Assembly: GCA_973895155.1 (NCBI GenBank) | Contig: OZ316893.1 | Location: 17,825,836-17,889,835 of the forward strand | Source: Marsupella aquatica | Taxonomy: Eukaryota; Plantae; Marchantiophyta | Reading direction: 5' to 3' | Length of the DNA stretch: 64,000 bases | In this document: positions 10,235-21,744 of the stretch, one piece after another | Numbering within the stretch: position 1 is the stretch's first letter | Layout of the letters: every line of letters starts with the position of its first letter | Program-made: the position numbers and the translations under genes | Notes under the pieces: model-generated | Told to the model about the DNA's origin: nothing | The model's database searches: none | The model's input: only the letters and a program-made list of their open reading frames with translations

Positions 10235-13200
10235 ATGCCGAGAGGGAGAAGGGGAGGTAGAGGAAGTCCCCAACACACACGTACCCCAAGATCAGAGCTA
10301 GAAGGGGGGCCCTCTTGGATTGGGACCAGACGACGAGTTGCTGCCGAAGAACGCTTACGGCTTGCAGAAGAGAGGAGGTTGCCACTGGTGCTGGAAGAAC
10401 AAGTTGGTGTGCAACAGGAAGAGGCTCAACGTAATGAGGCCATATGCCCAGACGAAGAGCCAGACATAGATCACGAGCGAGAAGAAGGAGAGCCCTTTGT
10501 GTTGGTGCAGTCTGAGTTACAAAATCTGATCCCAGAGCTCACTGCATTGCCACAAATCATCTCACACCTATCATCGGTGCTGTTACCGGTGGCCCAACAA
10601 GCGCCATTACCACCTGTGTTGATACAGGCACCGGCTGCACCGATGGCAGCTGCACAACGTACCCGTGTTCAGTACGTACCCTTCAAGGGGAGACCAAAGG
10701 ATGATCCAGACGAATGGATTGAGGAGTTTGAAGGGATTGCCGAAGCTAATGGGGAGTCTGCACATAAGCTCACTATCATTCCTGGAATGATGAGAGGGGA
10801 GGCAGGTCCATGGTTCATTTCGTTGTTGGCCAACGTGAAAGCTGATTGGGCTCTGTTCAAGCAAGCCTTCTTGAAGGAGTTCAGATCCATAGGAGTGGAG
10901 GCCACCTCACTATTAAAGGTGGGCCAACTCAGGATGAAGAAGAAGGAGTCATTACGGAGGTTTTTGCAAAGGTTCCAAAAGCTGGTACGTCGGATCCAAG
11001 CCCGTACCGATGATGCTATGCGTCAAGCCTGGTTTGTGGCTGCCCTACCAAGCAAGATGGGGTTCTTTGTACGTCAAGCCAAGCCAACCACATTGGCTGA
11101 AGCTATTGCAGCAGCGGAGTCATACACCGCAGCTGATGCCACAAGCAAGCGTTGCCGAAGAAAGAAGCTGAAGCCGGTTGACAGTTCCTCCAGTGAGGAG
11201 TCGAGTGGATCTGATTCAGATAGTAGTGATGAATCTGAGGATTCTGAGAGTACTACAGAGTCAGACACTACGGAGTCAGAAGCTGAAAGACGAAGGAGGA
11301 AGAAGAAGAAGTTGTCAAAGAAAGTCAAGAAGTCCTCTCACCGTGAAGTGATACTACCCACGGTGGCCGTTACACCATTGTCTACGGCAAGACGCCTGAA
11401 GGAGCAAGAGGCCAGATATGATGAGCTGACGGAGCAAATGAAAGCGTTGAAAGTACATTTTGCCGGACTCAAACCTGAGAGGAGAAAAGTTCCGGTGGAG
11501 AGAGCCAATGTGTGGTGCACCAAGTGCATGAAGTTTGGTCATGCCCCGAAGGAGTGCCCAGCGGGAGAACCAGCCAAGGTTTTCCAAGTACGGGAGGAGG
11601 ATGTTGAGGGGGCAAGCTACTCAAATCCTTCATATGCAGCGGAAGGGCCAATAGAGTACTTCATGGAGGAGCCACCAGAGGCCAACGTGTATAGTGTACA
11701 ACCTCTCAACCCGGGACCACGGAGCATTCATGGAGTTTCAACAAACGCCGGAGCACCCGCATACTCCAACTATCCCAACGCTAACCCAGGGAATCGACCA
11801 CCGTACCCTGGAGTGAGGAAGATCCCTATTTGTTACAATTGTAGAGTGGCGGGCCACTACGCTAATGTGTGCCCAGAGCCCACCCGTCAAGGCAATGGAG
11901 ATTTTGCCCGGCTGTGTCAACTATGCAAGGGGGAGGGTCATCTTGCACCACACTGCCCAACCTTGGAGGCGTTCAAGGCTCAACCGATTGGGGCACAAGA
12001 GAAGAAGGGGCCGCCACCTCCTCTGAAAGAAGCTAGCGTCAACTTTCTCACCACGGAAGCAGTCGACACCCCTCTAATCACTAGAAGAGAAGAAACCGTA
12101 GTGAACATTCCCAAGCAAAGGATGACCACCATAACGGAGGAGGTGGTACCGCTAGTCGTTGTAGTATCTCCAGTTGTTGAGATACCGGTGGTTGTTGTTG
12201 CAACATCTACGGAAGTTGAAGTTGCTAACCCCTCACCCCCAAGTCATGAGTGGACTCATGCTGAGAATCTACCGGAGGAAGACAGCGACGAGGAGAGAAG
12301 GCATTACTCTTGTTACCGAGTCTCCACTCGATCCGGCAAAAAGAAGGGCAAGTCCGAGCTCAAGCAGAAGTACAAGGAGGTGCATCAAGCTTCCACATCG
12401 GGTACCTCACACGAACCGGAGGTGCCACCCATGGAGGATAGTGACTTTGATCGGGACAACCCCAAGTTGTTCTATCCGAAGGTGGGAGAAGAGGTACGTA
12501 AGCAGTTGGAGGAGCTAGAAGCACAAGCCATGCAAGCGGCCATTGACAAAGACATGGAGGAGGCAAAGGCCAGAAAGAAAGCGGAGGAGAGGGTTGTTCG
12601 TTGGAAACCGGGAGAAGAGGTCATCCCACCCATACCTCCTGCAACCGCGTACAACATTGCTCAAGACATTCTGGATTGCCCAGTCAGTGCCACAATTGGT
12701 CAACTATTACGGGATAGCTCCCTATACCGTCGCCAAGTCAAGGAGATTCTCATGAGGAGGAGACGTAGAAGAAGGTTACCCAAAGTTGGGGCTGACCCCA
12801 TACAAGTCAACTGGGTCACGGAGGATTTGGGTGCCCCAGAACTCACGGTGGACATCAATGGATGTGCAATACGGTTTGTACCGGTGGACGGGGGCTCGGG
12901 AGTCAACATCATGACTGAGGAGACGGCAAACCGGTTGGGGTATACAGAGTTAGAACCACCGGCACGTGCCATGAGGTTGGCTGATGGTGCACGGGTGGTG
13001 CCGTTGGGGTGTCTCACCAAGATTCCAACAATGATTGGGGGAAAATCTTTCCCCCTCAACTATTTGGTGATGCGACCCGTTCGGCCGTACGGTTTTCCCA
13101 TTTTAATTGGCAGGCCATGGTTGTATGTGGCCAAGGTCACAAGTGATTGGGGCAAACGGCAGTTTCGGTTTGGTATCCCCACTATCACTATTCCATGGTC

Positions 13201-16200
13201 AGCGGAGTCACCTCACGGGGAGACTACGACTATGGAGGAGGAATATGATTCAGAGGTCACCTCAGATGAAGACGAGGATGAAGTATACATGGTGAAACTG
13301 ATTTCTCACCTCACGGAGGAAGATGTTTTTGGCCCCGGAGTTGCTACTCAAGAGCATGCAGTAGAGGAATCAGTTAGCCAAGTGCACGCTGTTCTAGAAG
13401 AGATGGAAGACGAGCGAAGCAAAATTGTGGAGGCTGAACCTCTAGAGATTCATGATAGGGAGGCAGAGGATCACCCCGAGGAGGTGGAAATGCAAGCCCA
13501 CACGATCATGTTTGATGATGAGCAAAGAGAGCAGTTTTTGAATGACATCCTGGATGATGACTTTAGAGAGGAGCTATTGTCACATTACAAAGAATCTGAC
13601 GTTGAAGAAATAATGGCCCATGTGACAAAGGATCCACCTCCATCCCGACCAGACCAGGAGGAGAGTGATGCACCGGTGTATGGAGGGATGAGGCTCGCAC
13701 GGTTGGAAGAAACCTTTGATGAGGAGACACGCAACAAGTTGGACGTGATCAGGCCGGAGCAGTACACAAAGGTGGAAGTGGGTGAGGGCAAGACACTCAA
13801 CATTGGTAGTAAGTTGGATGCTACGGAGCAACGCACGATTCAGGAATTGTTGAAAGAGTACCAAGACGTATTTGCGTGGAGCCACCAAGATTTGAAAGGA
13901 GTGCCACCTGAGTTTGGTGAGCACAGCATTGACCTGATGTCAGGAGCACGACCTGTGAGGCAACGCCAATACCGCCTCAACCCCAAATACTCACTCATGG
14001 TGAAGGAGGAGATTGACCGTTTGTTGGATGCAGGATTCATTTATCCGGTCATGCATAGTGAGTGGGTGTCACCCATCGTAATCGTGCCCAAGAAAAAGGG
14101 GCCAGACGGGAAGGTGAAAATACGGGTGTGCCAAGATTTTCGAAAGTTGAATGATGCGACCAAGAAGGATCACTACCCGCTACCGTTCACGGATATCGTG
14201 TTGGACATGGTAGCAGGTTGGGAGATATACAGCTTCTTGGATGGCTACTCTGGGTACAACCAAATCTGGATACGGGAGGAGGACCAACTCAAGACGGCTT
14301 TCACAACAGAGTGGGGGATTTTTGCATTCCGGAGAATGCCTTTTGGGTTGTGCAATGCCCCTGGCATGTTCCAACGGCTCATGATGAATATATTTCATGA
14401 CTTTTTACGCAGGTTCTTGGAGATCTTTATTGATGACTTTGCTGTCTACGGCAAACGAGTCAAGCATCCGGAACACTTACGGTTGACTTTTCAGCGGTGC
14501 CGGGAGACTTGCCTGAAGCTGCATCCGGAGAAATGTTTCTTTGGAATTGAGGAGGGAATCCTATTGGGCCACAAAGTGTCTGCACGAGGGATTGAAGTTG
14601 ATCGTGAGAAGGTCGCCGTGTGGGTAGCAGTCTCATTTCCCAAGAATGTGAAGGAAGTGAGAGGGTTCTTGGGGTGTGTTGGCTACTACCGACGCTTCAT
14701 CAAAGACTTTGCCAAGGTAGCCATGCCACTCACTTCCATGTTGAAAAAAGGAAGTGAGTTTGAACCTACTCCTTCCCGTCAGGCTGCTTTTGATGAATTG
14801 AAGAAACGATTGCTAGAGGCCCCCGTGCTCATTACGCCCAATTGGAATAAGGAATTCCATGTTTACGTAGACGTATCAGGATTTTGCATCGGTGCCGTTT
14901 TGAGTCAGTTAGATGATGATGGAAGAGACCATCCCATCTACTTTGCCAGTAGGCAGTTGGCCCCGGCAGAGAAAAACTACTCACCCACCGATAGGGAGGC
15001 ACTTGGTATCATCTACGCTTGTAAGAAGTATCGTCATTATTTGTTGGGGTACAAGGTTGTGTTCCACACGGATCACAACAGCTTGAAATACATGGTCAAC
15101 AAGCCAGATCTGTCCGGGAGAATTGCACGTTGGGTTTTGTTGCTACAAGAGTTCAACTATGAGGTGAGAGTAAGATCGGGGAAGAGTCATAGCAATGCAG
15201 ACTTCTTCTCCCGTATTGAGGGAGCATCTGACTCCCAGGAGATTGATGATCGGTTCCCGGATGAGGAAGTGTTCAGCGTGAATACAGAGGCCACTACTTG
15301 GTATGGAGAAATTTTGGAATTTCTCCGCACGGCTAGAGTTCCCTCACGTTTGGGCCCGGAGAGAGCAGCAGTGTTTTTGCGTAAGACAGGTCCCTACTTG
15401 CTGGTGAAGGGAGTACTTCACAAGTACGGCATGGATGGCCGACTTCGTCGTTGTTTGGAGGAAGCGGAGATACGTACAGTCATGGCAGCATTACATGAGG
15501 AGGAAGCTGGTGGCCACTTTGCACGGGAGACCACCGCAAGGAAAATACTAGATGCTGGATATTGGTGGCCAACTCTCTTTCGGGATGTACACCGGTACAT
15601 CCAGCGATGTGATCCGTGCCAGCGTCAAGGCAAACCAGGGCCCTCCTCACGACACCCATTGGTGCCCATACTTCCTCTTGCACCCTTTGAGAAGTGGGGG
15701 GTGGACTTCATTGGCCCTTTCACTCCCATCACACGAAGAGGGAGGAAGCGCTACATCATTCTTGCAACGGACTATGCCACCAAGTGGGTGGAGGCCCGAG
15801 CTACTGCCAAGGATGATGCCAACACCACGGCACGTTTTTTGTATGAGCAGATTTTTACACGATTTGGTCCACCATTGGAGTTGGTAAGTGACAGGGGTAC
15901 TCACTTCCTCAATCATACGATTGAACGTTTGACGGAGAACTACTTGATCTCACATAGGAAGACCACTCCGTACCACCCTCGAGCCAACGGGCTCACTGAG
16001 AGAGCCAACGGGATCATGGGCAAGATCCTCAACAAAACGGTATCCGCTCACAAGACCGATTGGGATTTGAAGTTGTTGGCTGCCACTTACGCTTACAACC
16101 TGGCTCACAAGACTACCACGGGCCACAGCCCCTATTTCCTTGTGTTTGGACAACACTCTCTTGTGCCGGTGGAATTTGAGGTTCCAACCATTCGAATCCT

Positions 16201-16633
16201 AACACGGGAAAGGGAAGGGGCAGAAGAAAGTGTCGCTTCACGGATCCAACAGTTGGAGCAACTCACGGAGACACGAGAAGAGGCTTTGACACATACGGAG
16301 CAGGAGCAAGGCAAACGCAAGTCACATTACGATTCCCGTCTCCGTCGTGTGTCCATTGAGGAGGGAGATTTGGTGCTCCTCTACGATAGCCGCTTCATGC
16401 ATTTCCCCGGGAAGTTGCATACACGGTGGATGGGACCCTACGTAGTGGATGCCGTCTACTCCAACGGCTCGGTTCAACTCAAGACATTGGAGGGGCAACT
16501 ACTCAACACACGGATCAATCAAGAGCGCCTAAAGAAGTACTACACGGAGGAAGAGTATGGTGCTCGCGGGGGCGCTTCGCAATTAAGAGAGGAGCTATGT
16601 GACGGGTACCCCGTCACGGGAAGTCACACATAA
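10235..16633 (+). CDS. Gypsy Gag-Pol polyprotein (2132 aa)
   Basis: Gag, three CCHC knuckles (CTKCMKFGHAPKEC, CYNCRVAGHYANVC, CQLCKGEGHLAPHC), protease VDGGSGVN, RT FLDGYSGYNQI and IFIDDF, RNase H, integrase HHCC plus D-D-E (WGVDF, SDRGTHF, NGLTER) and GPY. No chromodomain. The stop codon lies inside the 3' LTR. Confidence 0.97.
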   Translation: MPRGRRGGRGSPQHTRTPRSELEGGPSWIGTRRRVAAEERLRLAEERRLPLVLEEQVGVQQEEAQRNEAICPDEEPDIDHEREEGEPFVLVQSELQNLIPELTALPQIISHLSSVLLPVAQQAPLPPVLIQAPAAPMAAAQRTRVQYVPFKGRPKDDPDEWIEEFEGIAEANGESAHKLTIIPGMMRGEAGPWFISLLANVKADWALFKQAFLKEFRSIGVEATSLLKVGQLRMKKKESLRRFLQRFQKLVRRIQARTDDAMRQAWFVAALPSKMGFFVRQAKPTTLAEAIAAAESYTAADATSKRCRRKKLKPVDSSSSEESSGSDSDSSDESEDSESTTESDTTESEAERRRRKKKKLSKKVKKSSHREVILPTVAVTPLSTARRLKEQEARYDELTEQMKALKVHFAGLKPERRKVPVERANVWCTKCMKFGHAPKECPAGEPAKVFQVREEDVEGASYSNPSYAAEGPIEYFMEEPPEANVYSVQPLNPGPRSIHGVSTNAGAPAYSNYPNANPGNRPPYPGVRKIPICYNCRVAGHYANVCPEPTRQGNGDFARLCQLCKGEGHLAPHCPTLEAFKAQPIGAQEKKGPPPPLKEASVNFLTTEAVDTPLITRREETVVNIPKQRMTTITEEVVPLVVVVSPVVEIPVVVVATSTEVEVANPSPPSHEWTHAENLPEEDSDEERRHYSCYRVSTRSGKKKGKSELKQKYKEVHQASTSGTSHEPEVPPMEDSDFDRDNPKLFYPKVGEEVRKQLEELEAQAMQAAIDKDMEEAKARKKAEERVVRWKPGEEVIPPIPPATAYNIAQDILDCPVSATIGQLLRDSSLYRRQVKEILMRRRRRRRLPKVGADPIQVNWVTEDLGAPELTVDINGCAIRFVPVDGGSGVNIMTEETANRLGYTELEPPARAMRLADGARVVPLGCLTKIPTMIGGKSFPLNYLVMRPVRPYGFPILIGRPWLYVAKVTSDWGKRQFRFGIPTITIPWSAESPHGETTTMEEEYDSEVTSDEDEDEVYMVKLISHLTEEDVFGPGVATQEHAVEESVSQVHAVLEEMEDERSKIVEAEPLEIHDREAEDHPEEVEMQAHTIMFDDEQREQFLNDILDDDFREELLSHYKESDVEEIMAHVTKDPPPSRPDQEESDAPVYGGMRLARLEETFDEETRNKLDVIRPEQYTKVEVGEGKTLNIGSKLDATEQRTIQELLKEYQDVFAWSHQDLKGVPPEFGEHSIDLMSGARPVRQRQYRLNPKYSLMVKEEIDRLLDAGFIYPVMHSEWVSPIVIVPKKKGPDGKVKIRVCQDFRKLNDATKKDHYPLPFTDIVLDMVAGWEIYSFLDGYSGYNQIWIREEDQLKTAFTTEWGIFAFRRMPFGLCNAPGMFQRLMMNIFHDFLRRFLEIFIDDFAVYGKRVKHPEHLRLTFQRCRETCLKLHPEKCFFGIEEGILLGHKVSARGIEVDREKVAVWVAVSFPKNVKEVRGFLGCVGYYRRFIKDFAKVAMPLTSMLKKGSEFEPTPSRQAAFDELKKRLLEAPVLITPNWNKEFHVYVDVSGFCIGAVLSQLDDDGRDHPIYFASRQLAPAEKNYSPTDREALGIIYACKKYRHYLLGYKVVFHTDHNSLKYMVNKPDLSGRIARWVLLLQEFNYEVRVRSGKSHSNADFFSRIEGASDSQEIDDRFPDEEVFSVNTEATTWYGEILEFLRTARVPSRLGPERAAVFLRKTGPYLLVKGVLHKYGMDGRLRRCLEEAEIRTVMAALHEEEAGGHFARETTARKILDAGYWWPTLFRDVHRYIQRCDPCQRQGKPGPSSRHPLVPILPLAPFEKWGVDFIGPFTPITRRGRKRYIILATDYATKWVEARATAKDDANTTARFLYEQIFTRFGPPLELVSDRGTHFLNHTIERLTENYLISHRKTTPYHPRANGLTERANGIMGKILNKTVSAHKTDWDLKLLAATYAYNLAHKTTTGHSPYFLVFGQHSLVPVEFEVPTIRILTREREGAEESVASRIQQLEQLTETREEALTHTEQEQGKRKSHYDSRLRRVSIEEGDLVLLYDSRFMHFPGKLHTRWMGPYVVDAVYSNGSVQLKTLEGQLLNTRINQERLKKYYTEEEYGARGGASQLREELCDGYPVTGSHT
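16585..16597 (+). promoter_or_regulatory. Polypurine tract of the Gypsy element
   Basis: aagagaggagcta lies immediately before the 3' LTR, inside pol coding sequence. Confidence 0.8.
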
Positions 16634-19600
16634 CTGGTTGCAAAGGCCGATACCTTGTTAATAGTCAATGTAAATAAGCCATTTTTTAATTTTTAGTTAA
16701 TTCCGTCATTATAGGTTGATGATGCCCCAGGTGACTTTATATTCTTTCTCTCATAATAGTTCTAAGATTTGCGGCGACCTAAGTGGGCAAATATTTTGGG
16801 ACCTTGAAACTAGCCAGGACCAGCCCCATAGGACTTACCGTTTTGCTTCAAGAGCTATTGTTGAGACCCCCATTGCAAAGTCAGGAGAGGGGGGGGTTTT
16901 TTTTTAAATAAATCCCTCCTCAGGAGGGCGAGTCCCATTAGTGGCCGTCCGAGAGAAAGAGGGGCTGCCTCGCGAGCCCATAGGGCTGCGTGCCCGGGCG
17001 ATTAATGGGGCTCCGCGAGCTGAAGGGGCTGCCTCGCGAGCCCATAGGGCTGCGTGCCCGGGCAATTAATGAGGTCCCGCGAGCTGGGAGGATCACGCGA
17101 GCGGGGGGAGTTAAAGGGCCTCCCGCGAGCTGGGAGGATCACGCGAGCGGGGGGGAGTTAAAGGGCCTCCCGCGAGCTGGGAGGATCACGCGAGCGGGGG
17201 GGAGTTAAAGGGCCTCCCGCGAGCTGGGAGGATCACGCGAGCGGGGGGGAGTTGAAGGGCCTCCCGCGAGCCGGGAGGAATGGCCGCGCGCCCTGCATAG
17301 GGCCGCGCGCAGGAGGACGCAAGGGTAAGGCCCGAGAAATGGGCCGGGGCGCATGGCGAAGGCGCCAGGAGTTTTTTCGGTTCTATTTTTTTTTCCTTCC
17401 TTTTTCTTTCCCTCTTCCTTTTGCACGACCCTCTCATTGCCGAAAGCAAAAACGGGGTTCTTCTCTCTCTTGCCGGAAGCTCTCTCCAGATTCTAATTAT
17501 TTTTGAAGCTCTCTCTTTCATGGTGGATTAGTGGGGCTTGCTGGCGTCATTCTTCCAGGCATTAGTGGCGGCCGCACGGAGTAGTGACGGGAAATTGAGA
17601 GAATTTAAGTGATCGGGCTACGGGGGCTGTTTCGGGCCAGGGAATTGACATTGCCACGGGTGACGGGATTGGTGATTGAGAAATTGATTTCGGGATGCAT
17701 GGATGCTAGATCAACCAGAGTTTAGTGCGTCACGCATTCGGAGATACAAGGCTGCTTACCGTGACTACGTGGAGACTCGGATTACACGGGAAAGGGAAGA
17801 GAGAGAAGTTATGATGAGCACGGGATTGGCAGCGGGTTCCTCACCGGTGGGTAGGAAGATTTTTCGTCGAATTTATCCCAAGACCTCCACCAAGGTGATG
17901 GAGGATTGTCGGAACATTTTCCAAGCCACCGGGCTTACAGAATTCATGAAGGTGGAGATTACCATCCCTTCAGGGAAGAGCTGGGACATTGAGGCCGGGA
18001 TGGAGTTCCGAACGGAGGGAATCTACTTTGAATGTCTCAAACGTGTAGTGCCCCATGTGGAGTTGGCTAAGCTATTGTTTCTTGAGAATCAGAAATTCTC
18101 ATTCACACCTCGGAATATCAGGGGAGAACTCACGTTGAAAATGGTGGCCACTTGGGTGACCAATCCTACCTCCACCACCGCCATCCCTCTTTCTGCTGTC
18201 AAGGATGTTGAGTATAAGGGCTTCCTGGCCAAGGTGCATCAACGGGTTCTTGGCAACGTGCAATCCGGAGTGCTGAATGAGGAGCATTTCGTGGTAGCTA
18301 TGGACATCAAGAACTACCCAGCCCATGTGTACGGATGGTGGTGCTACGGATTGAAGAAGCTATTGGCCGCTGAGCCCGGGAGTGTGAAACCAGGTGGGGC
18401 TGTACATTTGATGGGGTCATTTGTATTGGCCAGGGCAGAAGGGTTGATTGGTTCTCCGGGGCATGAAGACACGGGATCATCTCTCACCACGGAGATCCGG
18501 AGTATTGCCACTACCGTTTTAGGGAAGCTCACGGAGGAATCATTGTCTGCTGGTGGGGAGGATAATAGAGAAGAAGAGAACCAGGAGGATGATTGCACAT
18601 TGGAGTGGCTTGAATCACTCGTGGGAGATCCGAAACAGCCTCTGGAATACAACATTCCGGATGTTTACTTGGCAGAGCTACGGGATTTCAGAGAGGGAGT
18701 CCACGAGGGACTCAAGCTAGTCCACGCATTGAGGGAGTCTCTCAAGCACGCCACAGTCAAAGTAGAGACGTTAGAGCAGAGCATCCTGTCACTGAAGGAG
18801 GTGATCAAGACCAAGGAGCAGACCATTCATGAGAAGGTCAGGCACATCAATGCAGCTCACGTAGAGATCACCAACTTGAAGGGAGCTTTGTCCACCAAGG
18901 CCAAGGAAGCAGAAGAAGTAGGAGCGTTGAGGCAAGCATTGGCCAAAGAGAAGCAAAATTCTGGAGAAGTGATGGAGTGGAGGAACCAGGTGGGAGCACT
19001 ACGGAGTCAGGTGGCAGCCTTTGAGACACGAGCGAAGAGAAGTGAGGCCCTGAGTCTAGGGAAACGGAAGAGTCCCGGCACACCTGGCTCCACACTTTCC
19101 CCGGATGTGATCTCCCAAGCTATCGAGATGGTGGTGAAGGAGGTTAGTGGGAAGTATGGACCCTTGTTGGATGGAGCCAAGAAGAGTCAGGAGAAGAGTA
19201 AGAGCTTGGAGAAGAAGCTCCGGGAGGTACGGAAATCGTTACGGGAGGCTCAGGTCAGTACGGGGATGCCACCCAGGTCTGTCACCCCCGGGACTCCCAT
19301 GGCCACGGGGCAAGTTCTACCGTTGGAGTTGCGGTCCGGAGAAGAGGCTACCCTCTGGAAGGACACAATTGGTGAGGGGTACATCAAGGCGTGGCAGGCC
19401 TTGGCTGCTTTGAGGAAGCGCGGGAGCAGCAGCACTAAGAGTACTCCGTCGAAGAAGAAGAAAAGTACGGTGGCACTCACTCCCGTGAGTGATGAGGAGG
19501 AGGACCACTCACGGGGCACAAGTCCGGGCACCGAGAGCGAAGAAGAAGAGGAGGATTAGATAGGCGTACGGACGTGGGTGTACGGCCTCCAGATTTCCAA

Positions 19601-20670
19601 CATTTTAGTGGGGGGTCACTCATGGGCTTGTTGGGATGAGCTCGCGGAGCTGATTCCAACAAGAGGCGGCGCTCCTCAAACGGAGCCAGGATGAGCAAGT
19701 TATGGCCTGGAGAACTTATGTTTTTGCGGTACGGAAACGGCCATAACTCAGGCGTCTGAAGTCCGTTGAGGGAGCGACTTAGTGATTCGGAAGCAGGAAA
19801 AGAAGAGCTATCCAGGGGTGAGCTCAGGTGTGCACTTGGAAGGGCACCTAGTTTCGGCCATTTTGGGGTGCCTCTCACTTTCAGGGTTCACGTGTACTGT
19901 TGGGGCGCCGTCGAAGGCACCGTCGGCCCCCTTGTTTTGGGTTTAGGGTTTTAGCAGCATGTGTGTGCCGCATGCTCCTCTTCAGTTTAAGGATTTCTCT
20001 TAGTGCAAGGTTTTAGCGGCGCCGCTAGGGTAGCCGCCACCGTTGTGACCCTGTGAGGGGTGCTTTGGTGTGATTTTTCAGTATTTAGGGGGATAGCCCC
20101 GAAGTAGTTAGGGGGACTCAGTGTGAAGTTAGCAAGGAGGGATAGAGTGGAGCCTGAGGAGTTTGAAAGCGTGTTCAGAGTAGTGAGGGGGAGCCATACT
20201 CATTGTCCGGAGAGGCAGGAGTTGAGTAGACGGCAGGAGGCCGGGTTACTCATGCAATGTGTATCGTTTTTCCCAAGAGATATGGATCTGTACATTTGAC
20301 TTGATGGGCTTTTGTTGTGTGTTCCTTCTCCCTTTTTCGCTTTCCGAATTGTGTTCTCCCGTTCTATGATTTGAAGAAACTTGCTTGGTTTGAGTCGGCC
20401 TTGTGAGTAGGGGTGGTGACAGCACTCTTTGGGTGACTCCGAGTGAAGGTGTAGTGGGGTAGTCGGCAGGACTTGATCAAAAGCTGTGGGGTGAGGGTAG
20501 TCGGTAGACTTGATCAAAACCTACATTTCCGGGAGCGGAAACCAAAATACTCATCCTGGTGTGAAAAGAATCCAAATAGCGTCCCTCCACGACCCCGTAA
20601 TACGATACCAACGGTTTAAGCGAAGAAAAGTGCGGTTTGCACGTATTAACCGTTGGAGAGGCAAGTGACA
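16598..20670 (+). repeat. Gypsy 3' LTR (4073 bp)
   Basis: It is 88 bp longer than the 5' LTR because of the GC-rich array and is otherwise near-identical. Confidence 0.93.
17703..19559 (+). CDS. LTR-encoded 618-aa coiled-coil protein (second copy)
   Basis: Translation is identical to 7012-8868. Confidence 0.8.
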   Translation: MLDQPEFSASRIRRYKAAYRDYVETRITREREEREVMMSTGLAAGSSPVGRKIFRRIYPKTSTKVMEDCRNIFQATGLTEFMKVEITIPSGKSWDIEAGMEFRTEGIYFECLKRVVPHVELAKLLFLENQKFSFTPRNIRGELTLKMVATWVTNPTSTTAIPLSAVKDVEYKGFLAKVHQRVLGNVQSGVLNEEHFVVAMDIKNYPAHVYGWWCYGLKKLLAAEPGSVKPGGAVHLMGSFVLARAEGLIGSPGHEDTGSSLTTEIRSIATTVLGKLTEESLSAGGEDNREEENQEDDCTLEWLESLVGDPKQPLEYNIPDVYLAELRDFREGVHEGLKLVHALRESLKHATVKVETLEQSILSLKEVIKTKEQTIHEKVRHINAAHVEITNLKGALSTKAKEAEEVGALRQALAKEKQNSGEVMEWRNQVGALRSQVAAFETRAKRSEALSLGKRKSPGTPGSTLSPDVISQAIEMVVKEVSGKYGPLLDGAKKSQEKSKSLEKKLREVRKSLREAQVSTGMPPRSVTPGTPMATGQVLPLELRSGEEATLWKDTIGEGYIKAWQALAALRKRGSSSTKSTPSKKKKSTVALTPVSDEEEDHSRGTSPGTESEEEEED

Positions 20671-21744
20671 CCAACCTTAAAGAAGGGGCAAGGCTCCAAA
20701 CAAGGTGGGGGATGATGCAGGACATTATCAATGACACAAGATGGTAGGGGTCGGGGATCTAACCAGGAGGCTATGGACAATGATGAGTTTGAAGCTCAGC
20801 CAGTAACTTCACCACCCAGACATTGGGATTGGAAGGGATGGATGGATATGTATTGTGTCTAAGGAAGCTCAATTGAAATTATAATTTATTGTGTATGTGG
20901 TTCAATGCAAAGTTTTGGCTGGCTATAGTCAATAAGCCAAGAAGGAATTCAAGTTCTTTGTCCATGTGGCATTTAAAATTTGATTGGAAACCACCCATTC
21001 AATTCAAAGGGATAGTAAGCAAGCGTGCTACTCAATTCAAGTTGAGGGTGTGCAACCTGAAGAATTCCTCAGCCAGGTTGAGTCTCCAACTGATTGGGTA
21101 CATTCTGGTGGCAGAATCCAAACATACTAAAATAAGTCAATGAGGATTTAGTGCAGGAAGTTAGCATGCACTAGAAGAAACCGGGCCATTATGAGACCCT
21201 GCCTTAAGTGACTCCATTGAGACCTTCCAAAATTTGTGACTCCTAGGTTGTTGGTGTCATTTTAGTTACAAGTGCTGGACTGAGTTTTGGAGAATTCTTG
21301 GGAAGTCATTTCTATAACTATTGTGGAAGTTGCAACTATAACTAAGTTCAGCCAACAAGAAATGAAGTTTGTTAAGTCACTCCCTCTACAATAGAGCTTT
21401 AGACATGCAGGAGAACTTTAGGGTTTAACACCACAATCTAATCCCATTTGACCCCGCCCAACACTTACCATTTGGGATATATCATCATTTTCTTAGTTTA
21501 CTTGGATATTCTACTCGTGAGGTATGCCTTTAAAAGAGTAAGATAAAGGGGAACATTGGGAAGAGACCGACAGGCCACATGGGGGATTCGAACGATAGCA
21601 AGAAAGGAGGGGTGGAGCCTGATGGTCGCCAAATATTCAAACAGGGTCGCCTTGCTCGATTCGCAAATTTTCACTTAGGACATAGATTAAAGCATTAGAC
21701 TGCGAGCTTCAATCGCTATGGAAAAGTAGATTTTTGCTGCGTGG

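Larger units (their letters stand above)
5995..20670 (+). mobile_element. Ty3/Gypsy LTR retrotransposon (non-chromovirus, Athila/Tat-like PBS) with ~4-kb protein-coding LTRs
   Basis: Direct repeats at 5995-9979 and 16598-20670 (TGTGAC...GTGACA), PBS, PPT and an intact gag-pol. The flanks GCTTG and CCAAC do not form a TSD. Confidence 0.95.

Noticed and set aside
10607-16320. Many short antisense or alternate-frame ORFs over gag-pol
   Set aside because: Shadow ORFs of a long coding sequence.
21575-21600. tRNA T-loop/B-box-like GTTCGAATCCCCC on the minus strand
   Set aside because: No cloverleaf or A-box could be built around it.
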